Origin: the human T2T-CHM13v2.0 reference genome, Homo sapiens | DNA length: 64,000 bases | Reading direction: 5' to 3' (one strand) | Assembly (NCBI RefSeq): GCF_009914755.1 | Contig: NC_060940.1 | Shown here: positions 53,680-64,000 of the stretch, in pieces | How positions within the stretch are numbered: the first letter of the stretch is position 1 | How the letters are laid out: each line of letters opens with the position of its first letter | The notes under the pieces: generated by a model | What the model saw: only the letters and a program-made list of their open reading frames with translations | What the model was told of the DNA's origin: nothing | Database searches by the model: none | Position numbers and translations under genes: made by a program

Positions 53680-54480
53680 TTTGTTTTTTTTAACTTCATT
53701 TTTTCTGATTACAGAAATCATTCATAATCGTAGAAATTCTGGAAAATATAGAAAAGCAAAAATTACAAAACAAAATAGCCTCTCACTTTACAACCTAGAA
53801 CAGCCACGATTAACATTTTTGGTTACATTTCCTTTGTTCATCTTCATCCCTTTCTTCTCTTTTGGTACCATTGGTATATTTACGTAATTGAGTTAATATT
53901 GTAAATATAGCTTTATATCCTTTAGTTTGTCTTGTTATTAACTAGACAATGAGAATTTCTCTTTGTTATTAATACTGCTTTGAAAATATAATTTTAGACT
54001 CTTCATAATATTCCACCGTGAATAACCATGGTTCTCTCAGCATTTTTTTTTTTTTTTTGCAAATTGGGCTAATCTTTTTCTCCTTCAATATTATAAGTAG
54101 CAGTGCAATAGATATATTTGAACATAAACTTTTATTTGCTTCTCTAATTTTTTAAGGACACTTTTTCTGAAGCTATACAACCAGGACAATGAGCGTAAAT
54201 ATTTTTATGTTTGCACCCTGACCAATATGAAAGGTTTTCATTGCATTCACTTGCCATGTAAAAAACTGAGTCTTTTCATTTGAGTTTATATTTCTTTGAT
54301 TACTAGTAAGACTTTTTATGCTTATTAGCCACTGCATTTTCTATACCTAATCTATTCCTATCCTTTGCCTGCATTTTCCATAACAGTATTTTAAATTGAT
54401 GTTTAGGGACTGTTTATTCGTTAAGGATAATATCTTTGTCATTCTTGTGGAAAATAGTTTCCCATTTGTTGCCACTGTTT
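53680..54480 (-). mobile_element. Old L1 (L1ME-like) fragment
   Basis: T-rich; 'tttctttgattactagtaag...ttattagccactgcatttt'. Confidence 0.6.
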
Positions 54481-55059
54481 TAAACTTACTGTTATCAGCC
54501 TATTAGCTTGCCATTTACCTTTTTTGCTCTACAATGAGTCGTAAAGGAACATGTTTCTGGTTAATTGAAAATTGTAATTAGTTGACTTCTGGTCAATTAA
54601 CCAACAAAGATTTTTTTTTTGCTTTAACTCTGAGACATGTTGCAAAAGCAGATAAATTTGTGGACTGCAGGGTTGAACAAAGTTAAATAGGTTTCTTTAT
54701 TGTAGGACTCACCAGAGCCTTTGATAGGCTAATATGCCTGTGAATCTCCAAGACAGGATATTCTACATTCTCACACTTACTTGACCAGAGAGCCTCCTTT
54801 TTGAGAAGTATCCTTAGAGAATATGCTTAGGCAGAACAGTCTTTGGAAAAGCGCTACCTTAACCCCAAACAATCATTCTAACTGTGTGTATTTCAGACAC
54901 TGTAACAAGATGGTAGGGGAGATATTTTGTGGCATAAATAAATAATTAGGTAAGTATATTAACTGCTCACTCATTGTCAAGACCTTTTTTTTTTAACTTG
55001 TCATCTCATCTAAACTTCATAACAGCATTATGGGATGCCGTGTAACTACTGCCTAAGAG

Positions 55060-55460
55060 GTCTAGGATTGAATTCTGATTCCACTATAATCTGTGTGATC
55101 ACAGGCAATGAACATAACCTCTCTGTGCCTTAGCTTCCCCATTTGTATCACTTGGATAATAATTTCACCTACCTTACAGAGTTGCAGTGAAGAAATACAT
55201 TTATATGGAGAAATACATAAAATACATTTATGTGGAGAAATACATAAAAGAAATACATTTATATGACACTTAGGACAGTGTACTATATATACCATGTATT
55301 CAATTCATACTGGATGTTTTTATTCTCATATCACAGCTGAGTAAGCTGAGGCTCAGAGAGCTGAAATAACCTGAATAATATTGTACCAATAATAAGAGGG
55401 GAAGGCTGGCTTTGAACACAGATGGTCTGACTTTAGAATTTTGTTCTCTAACTTTATAAT
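55060..55460. mobile_element. Two MIRs in inverted arrangement
   Basis: Plus 'aacctctctgtgccttagcttccccatttgta' then minus 'gctgaggctcagagag'. Confidence 0.65.
55193..55266. repeat. Local ~27-bp tandem duplication
   Basis: aaatacatttat(a/g)tggagaaatacata twice plus a partial third copy. Confidence 0.85.
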
Positions 55461-55589
55461 CATTTTTGCTGTTTGTCTGTGAAGAGCTTGGCATTCTGAT
55501 ATATCTTTCCATGCAGGCTATAAATAAAGACTGTGTCTTGTGCAGTGGGGCAGGGATGGGCTGGCTTCCTAGTAACATTCTTGCTCCAT

Positions 55590-55945
55590 CCTCCATCGAG
55601 TGATATTGTTGAAGTAAGGCAGCTACCATGCCCAGGACTTAGGCCCCCTTGCAACTAACTGGTCGTGGCCATATGACTAATCTTACCAATTGAATGCATT
55701 ACTCTGGGATAGAGTTTTATATAAAAGGATGTCCTCTTTTTTCTCTCTTTCTGCATTTGAGAAATGATGCAGATTACTAAGAAGCCCCCAGGCATGGTGG
55801 AATTACAAGACAGAAGGGTCTCCTTGGTCTCCAAATCACCACTAAGAAGAAAGATATTCTCTGATCAGGTTCACATGCACTTGGTTAATAGGAAAGCAAA
55901 AACAACCCATTGAAATGCAAGAGTTTGTTTGTTACAGCAGCTATC
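55590..55945 (+). mobile_element. Old MLT1-type LTR fragment
   Basis: 'ggccatatgactaatcttaccaat', ends 'tttgtttgttacagcagcta'. Confidence 0.55.
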
Positions 55946-57598
55946 ATGAGATCCCCTTACTAGCATGACATTCATTTACTAGTGCAGTGACATCAGTGTA
56001 ACAAAAGCATGCTTTACAGCTCTTTCTCAAAACTCTTCTGGGCAAACTCAGACACCCCAACTAGTTCTCTCGAAGTTATGGCCTAGTTGGATCATTCTAT
56101 AATAGTCCTGGGTCAGACCCAAAACACAAATGCTGACAGGGCTGAGCTTGAGGTGGGAGGCTTGCTACCAAATGACCTTGCCTTTGAGAAACCTCTGGAT
56201 AGAGAGAGAAAGGGAGTGGGGGAAGGACACTGGGACAGCAAGCATTTGAAGATGTTTCTGTTGCCTTTTGATCCCGTTGAGCACAGTTTGAATTTGTCAT
56301 TTAATGTTTACTGCCAACGTAATAAAGAGTGTTAATAAGAGAAGGGACACCAAACAGCTGAGCATAAAAGCCAACACTGGCCATAAAGCTGCATTGACCA
56401 TTAACGGTGTTTCCCTACTTGGGAGAAACACTTTTCCTGTACAAAAGATATAACTATATATCTTCCGATTTTATGGGCTGCAGATTACTCTAATTATCAT
56501 AAAAAATTACTACTGCTAATAAAAATTCTATTATAAGTTACTTATAGTAATCTCTAGGGTACTACACTTAGCCGAGAAAAGGTTGTAATTACATTATACT
56601 GCAGGAAGAGTTTGTTTCTCAAAACTCCCGAAACATTGGCTGTGTCTTTTAACACCTTCACAGTTTTCCAGCCCCTTGTTCTTTCTCCCACCTCCTCCCT
56701 AGTTTTTGGTCAAAGGTCTCCTTGTTGTTTTCATTTTGCAGGATGTGGTTTGAGCCTAGAATAATGACCCATCTTGGACGCAAATGACGCAAATGAACTT
56801 TTAGAGCTACAAATATCTGGGTGGATTTCTCCTCCCCTGGGGCCCCCGGTATGTCAATGGAAGGATGTAAAAACAGGGAAGACTTGACAATCCCCGCCCA
56901 AAGGGAAATATGCTTTGCAAAATTGGTGGAAGCCACTGGGTGTTCATGCAAAACACAATAGTTAGTTTTTTGTTTGACAAGACAACAATTGGTATTTTCC
57001 CTTTTATAACTACTACTTTTTTTTTTTTTGAATTGTATCTGTGAGGGTTGATGACACTTCAATGACCTTAAAAACTCTTGCCAGTGATACCAATTCTAAC
57101 TGGTGATTTTATTATCCTCCCCGCCCCCACTCCCTGCCTTTGAATTAAATATCAAAATAAGTCATTCTCTTGCCCTTCCCTGAATGATGAAGCAGTAAAT
57201 AACCTCAAAGTCCAGGGGATGAAGCTAAAGTTGGGCCAGTGGTCATTCTCTTAAATAGGGCTTCCATTGCTTCTGCAAAGGGTGAATCAACATCTTAATG
57301 AATGGGCCTAGAAGATGAAATAGCCCATTTCAGTTGCTTTAAAATAAACAACTTATTTTGGCAATGACTTGTGGCACATTAATTGCTATCAGTGAGGGGG
57401 AAAGTATGTCTCAGAGCTTTTCTGGCTCATTTTTAAGAGACGCTTAGGAGCTTGGCTCTACAGGGAAACTCTGAGTGAGGATTCCTGTGGTCAGCTAGGG
57501 AGTAAAGGTGGGTGCAGGGGGCTTCTTAGGGCTCTCCAAATACTCCTTAGCCACCCCTGACCTCCTGGTAGGGGGCAGAGGGTAAGAATCATTACCCA

Positions 57599-57904
57599 GC
57601 TGGGTGCAGTGTCTCATGACTGTAATCCCAGCACTTTGGGAGGCCAAGGTGGTATCACAAGATCAGGAGTTCAAGACCAGCCTGGCCAACATGGTGAAAC
57701 CCCATCTCTATTAAAAATACAAAAAAAAAAAAAAATTAGCCATGCATGGTGGCACACGCCTGTAATCCCAGCTACTCAGGAGGCTGAGGCAGGAGAATCG
57801 CTTGAAACCCAGGAGGCGGAGGTTGCAGTGAGCTGAGATTGCGCCGTTGCACCCCAGCCTGGGCGACAGAGCGAGACTCTGTCTAAAAAAAAAAAAAAGA
57901 AAGA
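57599..57904 (+). mobile_element. Full-length AluS
   Basis: TSD aatcattaccca at 57587-57598 and 57905-57916. Confidence 0.96.
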
Positions 57905-59470
57905 AATCATTACCCATAGAGATTCATCCTAGATTAATTTGTTTCGATTTTCATAAATAGACTATAGAGGCTAATGGGGAGTTTGCTATTTCCTGCTTCT
58001 CCATACAATCTTGGGTGTTTTTCTAATTTGAGGAAAAAAGATATGTTTAGAAGAAAACTACATATGATCTCTATGTCTCTCCTCCCCTAGAATGGAGATC
58101 TCATGAGGGTAGGAATTTTGTGTTGTTTCTCAATGCATCTTGAATGACTACAATGGCACTGAAATGACATGTGTGTTTAGTAAATATTGTCAGATGAGTG
58201 AATAAATAAAGGAATTGTCAGGGAAGATTGAAATAGACAAAGAAAGATGATTGGGTATCCTGTCTAGCACACTCCTCCGGGTAATTTGATTATGTAAGAT
58301 TGTGGAATATCCATTGTTTTCCAGCTAGTTTACATGTCCACACCAACTTTATCTATTGATTCAAAATGCTAGTGGGTCAGATGTAGCTGCTTAGAGCTTT
58401 AAGTGCCAACCTCATAAGAACAGGGACAAAGAAAAAACGTCTTTGCCCATGAATATGGATACTCAACTTCATTTGGTCATGGAAGTGGTGTCTTGTGGTA
58501 TTATTTCTCTGATAACCAGCTCAAATCTATGGAAAAGGGATGGATCTTGGCCCTGGAAGCTCCTGGATTTAAGCTTCTGCCCTGCCATTCACTGGAAGAG
58601 AGCCAACCTTGGATGAGTACTCAGCTTCTTTTACAGATTTCTCATCTGTAAAATAGAACACATACACCTACTTCCTCGCACAGTGCCAAGCATGAATTAA
58701 GTCTCCAATAATTCTTGCTCTTCCTTCTCTATTTAAAAGCACTCTTCTTTCTTCCTGCTGTCATTATGCCTATGCTGTACCTCATCCCTGCCGAGATTCA
58801 TGACTATCCCAAGCCACACCTTGCTGTTATTTGGCTCTTCAAATATGGAGGTATCTTCTATACAAATTCTATTTCTATTATCAGAGCTTAGTGTGACCAG
58901 GAGAAGGTACACAGCCTGAAGAGAGGCACAGAGGTTAACAACCTACTTCTGAAGCTAAAAACCCTGGGTCACTGCCCCAGGTTCTACACTTCCTACTTGA
59001 GTGCAACTAAGTCATGTATTTATAGAAGTCTCCATTTTGACATCTGCAAAATGGGAATTCCAAGAGAACCTTTTGTAATGGAAGTATATTTCATGGGCCT
59101 GGCACATAACCGTTGGTTAGTAAGTGGTAGCTGAAAGGAAAAATTAACACGATAAACAAATGTGCCTCAGAATTTGGAAATGGGAGAGCACCAGTGTCCT
59201 TTCCTCCTTTCTCATTCTCCACTCCTCATTTTTCCTTGGAAGTGAAAGGAATAAGATGTGAACTTGGCAAAGGAAGTGCTCTCAGTAGAGGCGTCCAGCT
59301 CCCTGGTGAGCTTCCCAGCACACATATTGGGAGCTGATTCAAGACCTGTCGGGAAGTGAGGCAGCTGATGAGGTGTGGTGCTATGAGATGTCATTTCTGA
59401 CAGCTCTGCTTTGGAGTGAACTGAAAGCAATTTCTCCACTTTAAGCCAAGATAGTGCCTAACGAACCCCC

Positions 59471-60020
59471 TATTTTAGTTATCTATTGCTGTGTAACAAA
59501 CCACCCCAAAACTTAGGGGTTTAAAAACAATGACCTTTTATTACTTGAGATTCTGTAGGCTAGCAATTTGGGCATGTCTTAATTCAGCAGGGATAGTTCA
59601 TCTTTACTTCACATGGAGTTGGCTGAGGTGGATATTCTGGGCTGGAGATCCCAGGTTGCCTCATTCATGGGACGTTGGTGCTAGCTGTTACACAGGGCAC
59701 CTTTGTTCTCCCCCATGTGACTTCTCTCTCCATGTGGTCTCCTAGCATTCGATAACCTAGACTGAGCTTCCTTTCATGGTGGCAAGAGTGTTCCAGAAGG
59801 AGAAACACAGGGTGCAAGACTTCTGAAAGCCTAACTTCAGAAGTTAAACAACGTTACTTCTGCCATATGGCAATGGTCACTGGAAGCCACAGGGCTTTCC
59901 AGATTCAAGGGAAGGGGAAAAGGGCTCCATCTCTTGATGGGAGCAATAGCTAACTCATATTACAAAAAGGCATTGAGGATGAGAAGGATTTTTGCAACTA
60001 TCTTCAAAACCATCTACCAA
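59471..60020 (-). mobile_element. MLT1 LTR (3' LTR position)
   Basis: 'ttagttatctattgctgtgtaacaaaccaccccaaaacttag...ccatctacca', followed directly by internal sequence. Confidence 0.85.
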
Positions 60021-61070
60021 TGTCCTCCCTGTGGTCACAACAATCACATCTCTCTGGCATGCAAAATGCATTCTCTCCTCATGCACAAGTCATATGCTAT
60101 TATAACATCAGGTAGAAGTCCAAGATATAGTCAGATAAATCAGGGCCAGATGCAGATGAAATTCCTCCAGAGAAATTCCTTAGAGAGCTGTAAAGTAAAA
60201 GTTTTCTGCACCTCTACACCCAACATACAAAGGTAAACATTGACAGAGTAACTGCAATAGATATTTCCTTTCAAAGAAGAGAAAAATGCAAAGCACACAG
60301 CACTCACTGGTCCATAGCAATTCTGAAATCCAGCTGGGCACATGCTTCCGAGCTCCATCCTCTGGGAGCATAGAATATTATTTAATCATGACCCAGTACT
60401 TTTCCCTAAAACAGGATCTCTAATTGTATTTTCTTCCCAGCTTTTGTATCAGCTCTCTGAGCTCTTGGCTGTGTCCTCTGAGGGCCTTCCTTCTTCATAA
60501 GAATTGGCTCATATTTGCAGTTAAGTACCTCTCCCAGCACGCTTACTGTCTATAAAAAGATAGGGGCCCAGAGACCACTTTTTACTTGGAATGTTTCGTG
60601 TCCCTTTTGATCCAAGCAGGTGGTACTTCCACCAATATAATTATCTTAAAATTTTTGTGGGTTATCCATGAATCTTAATGGTATTTATTTTATGTCCCCA
60701 AAGCTATGCTCATAGTTTTTTCTGAGACATGATTTAGGACAATGTTCTTACAATTTCCAATTTTGCAATGTTTAGTTTTATGAGGGTTTACTAGGTTTAA
60801 ACAGCTTTAACTCTTTCTGAGTTCTTAACAAGGGTCTTATGGCTATGCCTTGATCTTATTTGTACCCTGGAGCCATTCCTTACTTTGAGAATTTTTTTTT
60901 TTTTTTTCAGCTGGAAAAACTCTTCTGGGCCTGCTATATTTTATGTAAATTCTTGAAAACGTATTAGTTCCTTCTTCAGCTCTCTTTTCCAATACTTTAC
61001 CATAAACAGTTATAAGAAGCCAACTGGCACTTTTAACATCCTTCCTGGGGACCTTCTTAGTCAGATTCAC
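60021..61070 (-). mobile_element. MLT1 internal (MaLR-int) sequence
   Basis: 'catgcaaaatgcattc', 'ggtccatagcaattctgaaatccagc'; sense-strand 'gcttcttataactgtttatggtaaagt' resembles MaLR-int. Confidence 0.7.
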
Positions 61071-61073
61071 ACT

Positions 61074-61486
61074 ATCTCAGTTATCTTTTGTTATGTAAAC
61101 AAACCATTCCAAAACAGAGTCACTTAAAACAACCACCACCACCATTTACTCACTCATGATTCAGCAATCATGTTGGAGTCAGCTGGATAGCTCATCCCTA
61201 TTCCACATGGTGTCATCTAGGGAGTTCATATGGAGCTGGAGGATCCAGCCTCAAGTAAGTCAAACTGACCATATTTTAAGAGAGCAAAAATGGAAGATAT
61301 GGTCTACTTAAAACTTAGGCTCAGATTGGCACAACATCACCTCTGCTGCATTCCATTGGTCAAAGGAAGTCACAGGGCCATTCAAGGGGAGGGAAAATAG
61401 ACTCCACTTCTTGTTAGGAAAAGCAGCATGCGCACACAAAAATCAGAGAACCTGTTTGCAGCCGTCCTTGGAGATGATCTACCATG
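61074..61486 (-). mobile_element. Second MLT1 LTR
   Basis: 'cagttatcttttgttatgtaaacaaaccattccaaaac...ggggagggaaaatagactccacttcttg...atctacca'. Confidence 0.8.
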
Positions 61487-61676
61487 CCTTCTTAAGCAGG
61501 CAGACTGCAGTTCGAGTAGGTATACCCTACATGTGCTGGGGAGACTGTACACGTTTTAGGCCCTTAGTAAATATCCTTACATGAATAAATAAAGGAGTTA
61601 ATAAGTGAACATGTGAATGAATTAAGGAGATAAACAAATGAATGGATGAATGAATATATAAGTAATGAACGAGTGA

Positions 61677-61997
<321 letters not shown>

Positions 61998-62504
61998 TGA
62001 AGAGAAAGAATGAGTGAATAAACGGTGTGAAGAAGTGCCTCCCAAATAGAGTGGGAAACTCTTCCCTATTTGTGAAAAATATGAGGTGCAATATTTTCCC
62101 TAGAAACTAGGCACAATCATTCCAAGAGGCAAGGCCTCCTCCAATTCTCTTCACCTGGTCCCATTCTCTCATCTCAGAAAAGGGGAGGTCTTGGGTTTTC
62201 TGCCCTCATCTGAAATAGGCTCCATAGGTGAAATACCTCTCTAGCTCCCTAATTTGGCAAAGCTGACTCATGACAAGATCGTCATCAGGAATCTCAAACC
62301 CAGATACTGCAATAGCCAAGGAAATAATATAGATGCATGAAGTGGTCCATGTGGCCACCATGACAAACTGGAGATCAACTGTCCCTAATATTGCCATATG
62401 GACTAAAAACCCAGAGTCTTTCTAGAATTTCTCATTTACCAAGATAACTGGGAAGTCTAGGTTTTTATATGAAAACTCCCTATTTTCAAAGGTTGGCAAG
62501 AGTA

Positions 62505-62910
62505 TTTTTCAGGATAGGCTAGCCATCCTGCTGCTATGCTTGAACAACAAAGAAGACCCAACTATAAGTGGCTTGAAACAATGAAAGTTTATTTTTTGTT
62601 CACACTTCGTGTTATCAGAGGCACTCTGGGGACTCAGCTCTGTGACCCTGTCACTCAGGGTCCTATGATGAAGATAATGTTCTCTCTCTCTCTCTGTTTT
62701 CCAAGGCAGAGAAGTGGAGACATGGTGAGTCATTCTCTGCCTCTTAAAGCATCTTCTTGAAGCAACAGATACTACCTTTGCTCACATTTCATTGGCCAAG
62801 GCACATCCTCCAGCCACTCCTAACTTTGTGGGGTCAGGGAACGGCGGCCTTACCATGTGCCAACAAGAATTGGGAGTTTCTCATGAGAAGAACTGATGAC
62901 TACTGCAACA
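62505..62910 (-). mobile_element. Old MLT1 LTR
   Basis: 'agtggcttgaaacaatgaaagttt', 'gctcacatttcattggccaag'. Confidence 0.7.
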
Positions 62911-63107
62911 GCTAACACGCTTTCCAAAAAACATTGTTTGGACCAGAGCTGGTCAGTGACACCCCAGTCTCTGAGCCCGTGTCAGGAGGGTGAAATGTGT
63001 ATCAGGGCCTTCCCTCTCCACCACCTTCTCTGGCTCCTGTCTCCTTTCCATCGCCCCCAAGCTCTACAGGTCAGGACACTTCAACTGGAAGCATCTACAA
63101 AGTAGTT

Positions 63108-63320
63108 CAGGGTCTCTCAACCACAACACTATATGGACATTTTAAGATGGATAATTATTTGTTGTCCTGTGCATTGCAGAAGGTTTTGCAGCATCCCTGG
63201 CCTCTATCTACCCTTTCTGATGCTGATGACTCAACGTGACAATCTAACAATGACTCCAAGCTTTGCCAGATGTCCTCTGCGGGGGGTGGGGGCAAAATCA
63301 CCCCTGGTGGAGACCCACTG
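63108..63320. mobile_element. MER20 hAT-Charlie fossil
   Basis: 'gtcctgtgcattg...gcagcatccctggcctcta...ggggcaaaatcacccctggtggagacccactg'. Confidence 0.85.
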
Positions 63321-63659
63321 GGGTAGCAGAAAGACCACTGGGTTTCAAGAATTTAGGCAGGTCTAGAGCCTGATCTTGCCAGACTCTATGATCCCACAAC
63401 AAAATGCTTAACAAATCTCCATTGTCTCATCTGTAAAATGGGAGTAACTATTAGTCTTTCCTGATTGGTAACATTTTTGAGAGGCTAGAATGAGATTTTG
63501 AACGGGAAGAGCCAGTGTAGCCTGTCCTATTAGGGTTTAGAGATCTGCTTATTATGGTCTCATCCAGGCAGCCTTTCATGTCCAAGGCCTTTCAGACAAA
63601 AATTGTGTTCTTAGGCCCTGTCAAATATCCATGGTTATTGATAATATTTGTGATCATAG

Positions 63660-63880
63660 TCATCACAGTAGCTGTGTATTGGGTGCTTTACACATGCCTG
63701 ACACCACATGTCAATTTATATTCACTGTCTTGAGTGATGTTCACAAGAGCCCTGAAAGGTAAGGATTACTGTCCCTGTTTTGTCACCGTAAAAGGTGACA
63801 AAACAGGGCTTCAGAGAGGTAAAGAGACTTGCCTAAGCCAGGTAGCAAGTGGTAGAGCAAGCCAGATATGCTACCTCTTC
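63660..63880 (-). mobile_element. MIR SINE
   Basis: 'tcagagaggtaaagagacttgcctaag...gcaagtggtagagc'. Confidence 0.7.
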
Positions 63881-64000
63881 TGGAGAGCATCTGTCTCTAC
63901 CTAGTAAGAGTGTCAAGAGAACAGAGCTGCCTTAACAGATGGGGTGATGAAGTGGAAGGACGTGTTGAAGGTTCTGGGAAGTCTGCTTAGCCCTCAACGT

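Overview
This window is primate (most likely human) non-coding genomic DNA. I find no supportable protein-coding exon, RNA gene or processed pseudogene; the ORF track is explained by Alu/LTR/LINE sequence, low complexity or chance. Recognisable repeats include 14 Alus (AluJ and AluS types, none clearly AluY), MaLR LTRs (THE1/MST/MLT1, one with internal sequence), an LTR33-like fragment, old L1/HAL1, L2, MIR, a probable CR1/L3 remnant and DNA-transposon fossils (MER20, MER44, MER45, MER58, MER5, MER91). The main large-scale feature is an Alu-free gap of about 21.6 kb (35970-57598). Its core (about 37.1-48.5 kb) is nearly free of repeats I can recognise, retains CpGs and is dense in homeodomain/TALE-type motifs, as expected for a cluster of conserved developmental enhancers in a gene desert or large intron (inference; conservation not checked). 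A second theme is several perfect or near-perfect hairpins inside old repeats whose consensus lacks them, which suggests short-range template-switch mutations. I see no evidence for a novel protein-coding system. Repeat subfamily calls come from recalled consensus sequences, and boundaries of old elements are approximate.
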